A stretch of DNA of 36,851 nt, taken from a virus (taxonomy: Duplodnaviria; Caudoviricetes). Below the pieces are notes generated by a model that worked only from the letters and a program-made list of their open reading frames with translations, ran no database searches and had not been told where the DNA came from. The translations under genes and the position numbers were made by a program. This document shows, one piece after another, positions 8,832 through 17,315 of the stretch; the stretch's first letter is position 1, and each line of letters opens with the position of its first letter. The stretch is taken from positions 1 to 36,851 of IMG/VR virus record IMGVR_UViG_3300033434_000014. One strand, written 5' to 3'.

Positions 8832-8843
8832 GGACTAACCCCC

Positions 8844-9257
8844 TTAAACGTAACAACCGTAGTTCACCACAATATACTTCATGGCGTCTTCTAACGTCCT
8901 TAACCTTGCCGTGACGTTAACATCAACCCACGGATAAACAAGTGATGGACTGTCACCAAAAGCAATAACAGGTTTTCCTAACTCTCCTGCAAGTACTATT
9001 TCACATATAGTACCTATGCTCGGATCTTTCCTGTTAATCATTTCGGCTAAAATAATGTCGCTGTGCATAAGCATGAATTTGTTACTGTCAACAATTTCTT
9101 TAGCTGTAGAAGAACCGTCAAGGAGAGTGCTCACCGGATTCCAAACTCTGAAGTCATTTACTCGAAGCATATAAGTAGCATCATCACGCCATTCCGTCAT
9201 TTCCTCCCTAGTTAAACCCGTCATAGCCCCTGCTAAGTACACCGCAATCTTACTCAT
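8844..9257 (-). CDS. Nucleoside 2-deoxyribosyltransferase / nucleotide N-glycosidase family protein
   Basis: VYLAG, VWNP, SDIILA, SIGTICE, GKPVI motifs. Confidence 0.8.
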   Translation of the reverse strand: MSKIAVYLAGAMTGLTREEMTEWRDDATYMLRVNDFRVWNPVSTLLDGSSTAKEIVDSNKFMLMHSDIILAEMINRKDPSIGTICEIVLAGELGKPVIAFGDSPSLVYPWVDVNVTARLRTLEDAMKYIVVNYGCYV

Positions 9258-9868
9258 AATGTTCCTCCTAGTAATTTTCTAGCTTTCTTCCTTGTACGTT
9301 GTTGCGCGTTATCGAACGCCTTATACCGGATTCCCATCTTTTCAGCTATTGCAGGGCCAGAATACCCTGCGTACTGAAGCTGCAGCACACGTAGTTCCAT
9401 AGGTGTAAGGCAAGCGGACAAGGCGCTGTATATCTCAGAGGCTGTAAGTTCGTCAACGACTTCAGCCTCTATGTCCGCCTTATCTACTATCATTTCTTCC
9501 AGAGTCCGTGGTTCGCTTGAATTCCGCTCCATCATTAAGGAAAGGGAGAGAGCTGTAAAATCCCCTTTGCGTTTTTCGCGGTTCTGATTCTTCAGCTCTG
9601 TATTAATCTTACGTTGAGCTACCTTCAACAGCCATGATTCCGCTGGTACGCCTATACTCGGGTCGAATTTCTTAATACCTTCCAGAATGCCGATCATTGA
9701 TGTTTGTGCTAAATCTTTAATTTCGTATCCTATACGAAACCTCATAGGCAACCCACTCAAGTACTTTCCTACGATCTTAAACATAATCTTTAGCATGCGT
9801 TCCATAGCGTCGTTATCTCCAGCTTTAGCCTGTAAACACAGGTCATCGTAAAGATGTGGCATAATCAA
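9254..9868 (-). CDS. Sigma-70 family factor, SigH-like
   Basis: AKAGDNDA, DLAQ..GILEGIKKFD, region 4 IAEKMGIRYKAFDNAQQRTRKK resembling SigH KSIDNALQR. Confidence 0.8.
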   Translation of the reverse strand: MIMPHLYDDLCLQAKAGDNDAMERMLKIMFKIVGKYLSGLPMRFRIGYEIKDLAQTSMIGILEGIKKFDPSIGVPAESWLLKVAQRKINTELKNQNREKRKGDFTALSLSLMMERNSSEPRTLEEMIVDKADIEAEVVDELTASEIYSALSACLTPMELRVLQLQYAGYSGPAIAEKMGIRYKAFDNAQQRTRKKARKLLGGTL

Positions 9869-12800
9869 TCATCCTCGTCATCATCGATATTATCAAACAA
9901 TCCAAGCTCGAAGCACTTAGCAATGTATCCGTTAAACTTAGAAGTCTTTCGAAATCCTCCGCTAGTGTTCTCAATCATCCTGAGCTTTGTTAGAGCTGCT
10001 ACTATAGCCTTTGCCTCTTCCTTGTCGATAGAGAGCATAGCCTCTACGTCCCCCAGCCTTAAGTACCGCTGTTGTGCAAAGAGCTTAACAAATTCGAAGA
10101 ACTTTCCGTCACTTTTAATTGTGTCAACTTTCTTCAAGCCGTTGGTAATCTTCGCATACTTTTCATCGTCAATCTCCGTTTCCTTGATAGCGAGTTTAGC
10201 GAAGTAGTTTAAACCACAGCCAGGAGCATTGTATATGCCTTTGAGATACCCGAGCAAGAATTCCGCGTGTACCGACTTAACTACCACTATTTCGCCAGTT
10301 TCATCCACGCTATGCAGCAAAGCCGCCAAAGCTGTAGATAACCGGCACATCTTGTTTCTTTGATCAGAAGGACTAACTAACGGGGTGTCGTTTGCTCTTC
10401 CATAAGTTTTCGACAATTCATTAGAGACATCAAGAATGGTTTTGATTGCACCGGGAGCGAACTGCACTTGTGTAGGCGTACGTGACCACGCGAACAGCAC
10501 ATTATTTTTCAGTAATTCGGAACTAATAGACTGCGGGTAGATGGGCAATTCCTGGTTGTATTTGTCTGGGTCAACATCTGCAGCTCTCATGAAGATACCG
10601 AAGTCAAAACGCCGGATATCTTCATTGTTGAATATGTCTTTTAGGGATTCTACACCGTGGCCGTAACTAGAAAGACGTTTTACGGAACCACTACTTGCGA
10701 CATTACCACTGAGGATAGCCCTAACCCTGCAAGGCGTTTCGGCAGTTACAGCTCTTTTGACTTCTAGGCGTCCGTCTGAGCGCGCCAGCGTCATTTCTCC
10801 ATACTGTTCTTTAGTGATACCTGTATCTTCGTCAATCCAAATCATTTCGCCGTCTGACAGAGGCCAAGCTCCCCAAACGATATACCAAGCACCCTGGCCG
10901 CTCCCCTGTTCCATTCGGTAGGTAAGCCCTGTACGGCTGGCAGATTCTGCATTAACCCTTGTTCCTAAGCCTGTGTACTTAAGTATGTGGCTGACCATTT
11001 CGCTTTTGCCCGTAGCTGTATCACCTACGATCTTAAGTTCCACCCACCCACGTATTGGATCGGTACTCCACGGTACACTAAAGCGTAAGATACTATGCTG
11101 TACCAGAAGTACGCCTAGCAGGGTTTCGTCTCTTTCCACGATTCGTGTAACATTGTAGGTAAGATCAGCGCAAATCTGAGCCAACTTGACTTCAATACCC
11201 GCCGCCGTCTCGTCTGCAGGCTGGAAGAATTTCAATGATTCTCCAATTTCCGGTGTAAGTTTAAAGCTTTCTACAATATCTTGCAGTGGTTTAGCTGACT
11301 TAATAACGATTGTCCCCTCTTGATTCTTTGGGTGGGGAAATACGTATCCCGTAAGCTCGTAGTACTTATTCTCGCTTATCTGCATGCCACCTACGGAATA
11401 TATCTTTCGTAGTACATACCTGCCGTCAGCGTTTAAGTCACCGGATACCCCTGTTTCCGCCATTGGAATAACCAGTAGTTCTTCTACGTTGGTAGTTTCC
11501 AACACTTCGTATTTGTACTTAGTGCAGCTAGGTGTACCCGACATACCTTTAATTATAGTTTTAAGATCATTGTCATGCGCGCCGGCCATTTGAATCAGTT
11601 CCCGGTTATTCTGACCTAAGTCGTGGTAAACTTCCGGCACATCAAACAGAGGACAGTGAACTTTCTTGCAGGTAGATCGTCCGTAACAGTGAAATTCGAT
11701 ACGCCGGGGAACAATATACGGGGTCTGCTTACGTCCGGCTATCATTACTCTTGTCTTTACCAGCTTGCCTGTGTAGTCCGCATTTGCTGTCCCATCAAGG
11801 TGCATGACAGTCGCTTCTGCTTCATCTTGTTCTATCCCGGCTTTCGTACACGAACAATGAATACCGGAACACGCAACACGATCATACTCGGAATTCCCCG
11901 GAACCTTTGGCCCATGGAGGCTGCGAATAAAGGCACAACCAAAACGGCATTCAGCGTTGTATACTGAGTCGAGCGCGCTACGGGTATTCGCTACACGTGC
12001 CTGCTTCTGATAATTCCCGGACGCCGTGGTATACTTTAGTACCCACGGTTCCAAGAGAGCGAGGGCCTCGGCTTTTGTATAACCTGCGTCCTTCATATAA
12101 CAAGCAAGCTGTAAGGTAGCCGGGTTACGATCTCCATCTTTCTTCCAGCCATTTTCAAGGATATCCTTAACGCATATAGGCGGGTTCTCTTTGTTGAACT
12201 TGTAAACGTCTTTAGAGTACCGCGCACCCGCTGTAGCCAGCATTTGTTGGTATTCTACTAACTTATCCTGGTAGAAATGAGCCGCCGCCTTGCGCGTTCC
12301 TTGTGCTGTTTCCCGTACATCTTCAGCTATTATGGGCTGTAAACGCGGAGTTTTAGCTAGTACTTTAATACCGTCAAGGGAAAGAGTTTTTAGTTCTTCG
12401 ATACTGATTTCAATTTTAAACAGCCTTGTTGTTTGGTGTACGGAATTCGGAATTCGTAGCATACGAGGCATTGTGTATACAATAGGGTCTATAGTCGCCA
12501 TTTCCAGCCTGTGTGTTAGGTAGCCGGATATATGCTTAAATACTTTTGTCAAGTCGTTGCGTGGTTGAATATTAAAGGCTACGTGGTTTATAAGAATATG
12601 GAACCCTTTACTACCTGAGAAATACACGTGTATATCCGTAGGCTGTATGTCGAGTTCCGAAGTAAAAAAGTCGATTATCTTAACTGAATCTACTTGAGCG
12701 ATAGCGGGATCTTCCGCACAATCAAGGTCGAAGTAAAGAGGGGACAAACACTGTTCCCCCTTGATTCTTTTAGAATTGGCAAATCTTTGTACAGTAGCAT

Positions 12801-12951
12801 AGCAGCTATAGTTTGCTGCTTTTTCTTGCTGATGCTTCTGTATATCGTCTGCTAGGATTCGCGTCCAAGGACTGTTGGTTCCATCGGGTAGTGTGTGCCA
12901 TACATCGGTATATTTAAAGTCAGCTAGTGGGTCCATTGATGGTCTTGGCAT
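9865..12951 (-). CDS. Archaeo-eukaryotic primase (PrimPol) fused to an MCM-like AAA+ helicase
   Basis: AEP motifs LYFDLD and YFSGSKGFH; Cys clusters; Walker A GDTATGKS, ASRTGLT, Walker B IWIDE, arginine finger RRFD. Confidence 0.85.
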   Translation of the reverse strand: MPRPSMDPLADFKYTDVWHTLPDGTNSPWTRILADDIQKHQQEKAANYSCYATVQRFANSKRIKGEQCLSPLYFDLDCAEDPAIAQVDSVKIIDFFTSELDIQPTDIHVYFSGSKGFHILINHVAFNIQPRNDLTKVFKHISGYLTHRLEMATIDPIVYTMPRMLRIPNSVHQTTRLFKIEISIEELKTLSLDGIKVLAKTPRLQPIIAEDVRETAQGTRKAAAHFYQDKLVEYQQMLATAGARYSKDVYKFNKENPPICVKDILENGWKKDGDRNPATLQLACYMKDAGYTKAEALALLEPWVLKYTTASGNYQKQARVANTRSALDSVYNAECRFGCAFIRSLHGPKVPGNSEYDRVACSGIHCSCTKAGIEQDEAEATVMHLDGTANADYTGKLVKTRVMIAGRKQTPYIVPRRIEFHCYGRSTCKKVHCPLFDVPEVYHDLGQNNRELIQMAGAHDNDLKTIIKGMSGTPSCTKYKYEVLETTNVEELLVIPMAETGVSGDLNADGRYVLRKIYSVGGMQISENKYYELTGYVFPHPKNQEGTIVIKSAKPLQDIVESFKLTPEIGESLKFFQPADETAAGIEVKLAQICADLTYNVTRIVERDETLLGVLLVQHSILRFSVPWSTDPIRGWVELKIVGDTATGKSEMVSHILKYTGLGTRVNAESASRTGLTYRMEQGSGQGAWYIVWGAWPLSDGEMIWIDEDTGITKEQYGEMTLARSDGRLEVKRAVTAETPCRVRAILSGNVASSGSVKRLSSYGHGVESLKDIFNNEDIRRFDFGIFMRAADVDPDKYNQELPIYPQSISSELLKNNVLFAWSRTPTQVQFAPGAIKTILDVSNELSKTYGRANDTPLVSPSDQRNKMCRLSTALAALLHSVDETGEIVVVKSVHAEFLLGYLKGIYNAPGCGLNYFAKLAIKETEIDDEKYAKITNGLKKVDTIKSDGKFFEFVKLFAQQRYLRLGDVEAMLSIDKEEAKAIVAALTKLRMIENTSGGFRKTSKFNGYIAKCFELGLFDNIDDDEDD
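11134..11150. repeat. 17-bp dispersed palindrome, exact
   Basis: TTCCAC GATTC GTGTAA. Confidence 0.8.
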
Positions 12952-12962
12952 AATTAAGCTCC

Positions 12963-13280
12963 TTAAGATAAACGTAGTTCAGTATCTAAGTTCTGGTTTA
13001 AAACGTTTAAAACTGCTATCATTCTGTTATTAATAAGGGATACACTGTCATAAACAGAGGCAAGTTCAGCGTCTACAGTTGTTACAGGGCTTTTAAGTGG
13101 GGTAGTTGGGGCTGTGTTGTCTACTGTTTGTGGCTGAGGTAGGAATACCAAATCCTCCACCTCATTTAAAATGCTGGCAGATTCCCGCAGCCCTGATTGA
13201 ATTTCCCGTAATCTGACAGAGAGCGAACCTTTTTTCGTTTCCGGTGCTTGTGGTGAACCAATTCCGCACGGTATGTTCAT
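12963..13280 (-). CDS. Hypothetical phage protein
   Basis: AGGAGG RBS; helical ends around a Pro/Thr linker. Confidence 0.7.
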   Translation of the reverse strand: MNIPCGIGSPQAPETKKGSLSVRLREIQSGLRESASILNEVEDLVFLPQPQTVDNTAPTTPLKSPVTTVDAELASVYDSVSLINNRMIAVLNVLNQNLDTELRLS

Positions 13281-13310
13281 GTTTCAAAATACCTCCTAAT
13301 TTTTTAAGTC

Positions 13311-13332
13311 ACCGGGGCGCGATGGCCCCGGT
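13311..13332. repeat. GC-rich hairpin ACCGGGGC-N6-GCCCCGGT (copy 1)
   Basis: Perfect 8-bp intergenic stem; no U-tract in the sense (minus) direction. Confidence 0.75.
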
Positions 13333-13347
13333 ATGTTCTTTTACTAA

Positions 13348-13668
13348 CTAAACATGACAAACTTTATCACAAAAACAAGTTGGAACTAACTTTCGAGGAT
13401 TAGCCTCTTTATCTAACATAACACTTGGCACGTAGGTAAGTGCCTCGGCTACAGCATAACTGCCGTCCGGATTCTTTTGCTGCGTAGTAATTTGAACAAT
13501 GCAGCCGCCGGGAACATTAGCTACTTTCGTAGATTTCATCCAGCCCTGTTCTTGCGACGAAGCCTTGCAGAGTAGGGCGAATGTGTCCCCATCGCCATAA
13601 ACCTGTAAATCTGAGATATTTGCTTTCGCTCCCCGTACTTCGGTAATATTTAAGTCTTTTTCTTTCAT
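13348..13668 (-). CDS. Conserved phage protein (GWMKSTK..GC.VQ.TTQQ type)
   Basis: AGGAGG RBS; motif pattern I recognise from small phage proteins; function unknown. Confidence 0.7.
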   Translation of the reverse strand: MKEKDLNITEVRGAKANISDLQVYGDGDTFALLCKASSQEQGWMKSTKVANVPGGCIVQITTQQKNPDGSYAVAEALTYVPSVMLDKEANPRKLVPTCFCDKVCHV

Positions 13669-13684
13669 AAGATTACCTCCTAAG

Positions 13685-14254
13685 TTAATTTCGTGCTACG
13701 CTTGCGTTAGCCCAGAATACCGCTGTTTCTAACTCGAACATAGCCATAGATTTTTCCCTGCCATTAGGGCATAACTCTTCAATCACGTAAGCTAATTCTT
13801 TAGCCTTACTCCGGATAGTGTCGTACTTTTCTGGTTGGCCGTCTTTTGGTGTGTGGTAGTTAAAGTTGTTTTCGATTTTCGGGTTTAGTTTAGCGTCACT
13901 GTCATTATCATCAATTAGCGCCTCAAGTTTAAGCGCGACTTCTGCAGCCCTGATGTACACAGCATCACCCCACGACTTCATAGGGTCATTGATTTTGGCT
14001 GCTAGGTTTCTTATAGCTTGCACCATACGCTTTATAAATTCTTGATTGTCGTAAGAGTTTACAATGTTATAGCCCTCTTTTTCGCTAATTAGGTTTATTG
14101 TTCTAGTATCATAGTGGCCACACATACCACCATCTGTTGGTATGCCAAATAAGTTATTCGGTGACTGCTCAAATATGACGTACTCACCGGAACCGTAGTC
14201 ACTCTCGCTAGACTTACGTTCAACATACACAATTTTACCTTTGTAATTTTGCAT
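13685..14254 (-). CDS. Two-domain protein with a C-terminal Acb2/Tad1-like helical hairpin (candidate nucleotide-signal sponge)
   Basis: C-terminal NFNYH.P..IR..AKELA..I..LCP.GREKSMA..LETAVFWANASVAR; AGGGGG RBS before ATG 14254. Confidence 0.6.
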   Translation of the reverse strand: MQNYKGKIVYVERKSSESDYGSGEYVIFEQSPNNLFGIPTDGGMCGHYDTRTINLISEKEGYNIVNSYDNQEFIKRMVQAIRNLAAKINDPMKSWGDAVYIRAAEVALKLEALIDDNDSDAKLNPKIENNFNYHTPKDGQPEKYDTIRSKAKELAYVIEELCPNGREKSMAMFELETAVFWANASVARN

Positions 14255-14267
14255 TGATTGTTTCCCC

Positions 14268-14774
14268 CTATCTCTTATTCCAAGGTTTAAAGCTTTTAAT
14301 CTTTTCCAGCAGTGTTTCCGGGTGGCCGTCAAACGTGATACCCCTATCGTCAATCGTGACCACGGCTGCGGGTTTCTCCCCGGTTACGTCGTCAACCTCA
14401 ATACTATGAAGCTGTAGATAGTCCTTGATTGCTTGAATACCGCCCTCTTGATAGCACCGCGACGATACCACGACTACTTTATACTCTTTTCGAATCTCGG
14501 CAATCGCTTCACGAATACCGTTTACAGGTGGATCGGGTATTACAGCAGGGCCTTTCCAGCCACTAGAATAGCTGTGAATAACGCCGTCAAAATCGAATAT
14601 TACGGTTTGCATTTTATTTGTCTCCTTGTCTACAGCTTTAATGAAATCATCTAGTCTTTTTACATATTGTGTATACCAATCAGGGTTTGGTAGTCTATTG
14701 TAATCAAATCCCTGTAAATCGCAAAACCGTTTTACTGTTGCCTTTACTACTAATTCTTTAGGAACGTCTGGCAT
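14268..14774 (-). CDS. HAD-superfamily phosphatase with N-terminal extension; internal start at 14612
   Basis: FDFDGVI (DxD), VVSSR, K and IDDR motifs; AAGGAG RBS before internal ATG 14612. Confidence 0.8.
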   Translation of the reverse strand: MPDVPKELVVKATVKRFCDLQGFDYNRLPNPDWYTQYVKRLDDFIKAVDKETNKMQTVIFDFDGVIHSYSSGWKGPAVIPDPPVNGIREAIAEIRKEYKVVVVSSRCYQEGGIQAIKDYLQLHSIEVDDVTGEKPAAVVTIDDRGITFDGHPETLLEKIKSFKPWNKR

Positions 14775-14799
14775 TCTGCTTGCCCCCTATTTATAGTTA

Positions 14800-14820
14800 C
14801 CGGGGCCACCTAGGCCCCGG
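14800..14820. repeat. GC-rich hairpin CCGGGGCC-N5-GGCCCCGG (copy 2)
   Basis: Perfect 8-bp stem with the same core sequence as the 13311 hairpin. Confidence 0.75.
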
Positions 14821-14843
14821 CACACTACACGCGTAAGCTACAA

Positions 14844-14912
14844 CTAATCTCGAATCATCGTAAACAGTATAGAGACGTACGTCACAATGATAACAAGTAA
14901 CAGAATCCACAA
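14844..14912 (-). CDS. Possible 22-aa hydrophobic peptide MWILLLVIIVTYVSILFTMIRD
   Basis: TTG start just after the upstream stop, single TM-like sequence; weak RBS. Confidence 0.35.
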   Translation of the reverse strand: MWILLLVIIVTYVSILFTMIRD

Positions 14913-14915
14913 GGA

Positions 14916-15638
14916 TTAAATACTACCAGCCACAATTAAATGATTAGGAAGCGCGATTTTCAGCTTCTCAATTTCTGCTTTTACCGCGTCGTTGTAGTAC
15001 CTTTGGTATTTCGGGCAACTAAGTAAGAACTTCGGTTTTTCATCTTCGGATTTCGGTTTTTTAACTTCCAGTTCGATTTCCACAAACTGCATAAAACTTG
15101 ACTCATTAAGGATTTCGATATGCACGTCAAATGTTTGTGGCAACTTAATAGTACCTTCTGCGTCCCCTACCTTGATCATGAAGGTATAATTGCTGCTGTC
15201 GGTTTGTGAGAAATCGCCGGTGATGTTCGTAACAAATTTGAACTGCTTCAGGGTAGCCATAAGCTTATCAATACCTATAATTTCCCCAGGCTCCCGGCGC
15301 TGTAAGAACTTAATGAATTCGGCTTGATCCATAGTTACACCTTGGGTAAGAATATTAAACCACTCTCGGCACTGCTGTGACAGCTTGTACTGATAACTAA
15401 GTCTGTCTTTAGAGTGGCTTATCACGGTATCATCAAGAATAACCCGGACGTAGTTCTCGTTGTAAGATATTACTGTGCTTTTAACGGAACCTTTGCTTTC
15501 TACCAATGCTATCAGGCTTTCCACAGAATCTGCATTGTACTCATATCCTTTAAGTTCATATGGTTTGTTTGCCTGACCTTCGAGAATCGTTAGTGTGTCA
15601 CCGTTAACCGTTACATTAATCTGTTTTTCGTTGCTCAT
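14916..15638 (-). CDS. Conserved phage protein (YfdQ/DUF2303-like)
   Basis: MDQAEFIKFLQ and KLP..F patterns; typical pairing with the small upstream gene. Confidence 0.55.
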   Translation of the reverse strand: MSNEKQINVTVNGDTLTILEGQANKPYELKGYEYNADSVESLIALVESKGSVKSTVISYNENYVRVILDDTVISHSKDRLSYQYKLSQQCREWFNILTQGVTMDQAEFIKFLQRREPGEIIGIDKLMATLKQFKFVTNITGDFSQTDSSNYTFMIKVGDAEGTIKLPQTFDVHIEILNESSFMQFVEIELEVKKPKSEDEKPKFLLSCPKYQRYYNDAVKAEIEKLKIALPNHLIVAGSI

Positions 15639-15640
15639 TT

Positions 15641-15949
15641 TTACATAACCTCCAAATTATATTTTGGTAACTGGGTTACTGTAGCCCCTACAGCTTCTGA
15701 TTCCTCTTCTTCAACCTCGATAGCGAACTTGTTGTCGAACTGGTACACAGCGGCTTTCGATAGCCCTGGCAGTGCGCATTTTACCCCTGCTTTGATTTTA
15801 GCCATGGTAGCGGTACCTTCGACTGTGGTTATATCAATGTTGATTGTAATTTTGCCTCCCCCTGCGGCAAGTGCTTCTCGGTAGCAGCGCTGAAACTCTT
15901 CGTCAATGCTGCCCTCGCATACGTTGGATAATGTTAATTCTTGTGACAT
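15641..15949 (-). CDS. Conserved small phage protein, partner of the downstream gene
   Basis: L..V.EG.I.EEF..KITI.I pattern; AGGAGG RBS. Confidence 0.65.
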   Translation of the reverse strand: MSQELTLSNVCEGSIDEEFQRCYREALAAGGGKITINIDITTVEGTATMAKIKAGVKCALPGLSKAAVYQFDNKFAIEVEEEESEAVGATVTQLPKYNLEVM

Positions 15950-15980
15950 TTGTATAGCCTCCTAATTTTTTATATAAAGG

Positions 15981-16121
15981 CTGCTGAGTACGGGATTCGA
16001 ACCCGTCAATCTCATTCCCGTAAAATACAGGACTTGTTGACTACTCCCTGCAGGTCTAAGTACGTGTGCCGCCAGTGTAACTTAATCACCGTGCCGGATA
16101 CCCACCACGTCGCCCCAGCAG
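15981..16121 (-). ncRNA. tRNA-like structured RNA (acceptor-like stem and canonical T arm, expanded central region)
   Basis: 5' CTGCTGGG pairs with 3' CTCAGCAG; T arm ACGGG-TTCGAAT-CCCGT directly before the 3' strand; internal hairpins; fills the intergenic gap. Confidence 0.65.
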
Positions 16122-16141
16122 TTCCCTCTATAACCTCTTAA

Positions 16142-16855
16142 TTATTCTTGGATTCCGAATTCTGCAGGGATGAACAGACCAACCGGTTCAAATTTAATAC
16201 CAACATAGCTATCTGTGCTACCTTTAACATCCCGCACTTCAGAAATCAGACGAGTGATTACCGTGTTAGCCCCTGAACCTTTAGGGATTTTATGGGTAGT
16301 TTTATAATGACCATTAAACACATTTCGTGTAAATGTACCCCAGCCGTAGCTATCGCCAGGTGCATAGCTAATTAGGTAGATAGGTGGTACATCTTCCGCG
16401 TTAATATCTTCAGCGAACACGATATAGGCGAGGTAACGCAGTTTAACATTGTCAAGATTATACCGTTCCTTAGCTTCCGGATTTTGGTCTAACCAGGCTG
16501 TAAGTGCCGCTTCAGCATCTTCCCGGTTACGTTCAGCAACAATCAACTCACCTTTTTCCGGAGATTTGTCAGCCCCCCATACCATGTAGCGCTGCTCACC
16601 TTTGCCAATAACGACGTCAATACTATCCCCAAAGGATACAGTTTCATCACTGGAAAGAACAAAGTTACCCTTTCTGTTGATTTTAACCCAGTCACCCATA
16701 CGGACGTAGTCAAGTTCGAGTCCCTCATTTACAGCTAGGAAGTTGGTCATTGTTGATTCGAGGATTTGGGTAATGTAACCTTTTTTGTGTACCTCTGCTG
16801 GAAGGTTTTTTTCTACTACTGCTACCGCCGCTTCTTTGTTTTCTTTGTTTTCCAT
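16142..16855 (-). CDS. Hypothetical replication-module protein, possibly ssDNA-binding
   Basis: Acidic, aromatic and beta-rich; position near primase/helicase; function is inference only. Confidence 0.5.
   Translation of the reverse strand: MENKENKEAAVAVVEKNLPAEVHKKGYITQILESTMTNFLAVNEGLELDYVRMGDWVKINRKGNFVLSSDETVSFGDSIDVVIGKGEQRYMVWGADKSPEKGELIVAERNREDAEAALTAWLDQNPEAKERYNLDNVKLRYLAYIVFAEDINAEDVPPIYLISYAPGDSYGWGTFTRNVFNGHYKTTHKIPKGSGANTVITRLISEVRDVKGSTDSYVGIKFEPVGLFIPAEFGIQE
16316..16332. repeat. 17-bp dispersed palindrome, 2 mismatches
   Basis: AAACAC ATTTC GTGTAA. Confidence 0.5.
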
Positions 16856-16909
16856 TAATTTATATCCCCTTTATATTTTAATTTTGCTTAACGTGGAACT
16901 TAACTGGTT

Positions 16910-17227
16910 TTAATTTAGACAAAGCAGGAATAACATCGCAATGTGAATTGCTTGGTCGATGTATAGGCTTGTCGTCAATGCTGTGTCTTTCGGTGCATAG
17001 TGGCACTTCCAATAGTCAACAGTGAAGTGTGACACGAATAACAACCACAGCTTCGGTGTGGTGAACATTCCGAAAAACGTAAGTATGGCACCTAATATTA
17101 AGGTGTAGATTAAAACGTGGCATAACAGTAAATAGTTGTTCTTACCCTTCATGCCCGATAGGAAATCTCCCTGTAGCGGGAAATCAGCAAGATAGTGACC
17201 TAGTAGCAGGTACAGAAATTCACTCAT
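16910..17227 (-). CDS. DUF3307-type membrane protein
   Basis: GHYLADFPLQ, HFTVDYWK and DQAIH motifs with TM helices. Confidence 0.8.
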   Translation of the reverse strand: MSEFLYLLLGHYLADFPLQGDFLSGMKGKNNYLLLCHVLIYTLILGAILTFFGMFTTPKLWLLFVSHFTVDYWKCHYAPKDTALTTSLYIDQAIHIAMLFLLCLN

Positions 17228-17315
17228 GTAACTCCCCCAATCATCAGTTATTTGAACATTAGTTAACGTTTACAAGATAATCACCACCCTTCATACGCTG
17301 TACTAAGCGTGTGAT

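Noticed and set aside
13311-14820. The two CCGGGGC hairpins as ordinary sense-strand terminators
   Set aside because: No U-tract follows on the minus strand and both lie mid-operon just before RBSs.
15950-16141. Plus-strand 63-aa ORF, or a true tRNA/tmRNA at this position
   Set aside because: The ORF lacks an RBS and is antisense; the RNA lacks a 7-nt anticodon loop at the right position, CCA and tmRNA length, so it is reported only as tRNA-like.
17228-17315. Possible SigF- or SigH-type promoter in the gap after thyX
   Set aside because: Only partial consensus matches; not supportable by eye.
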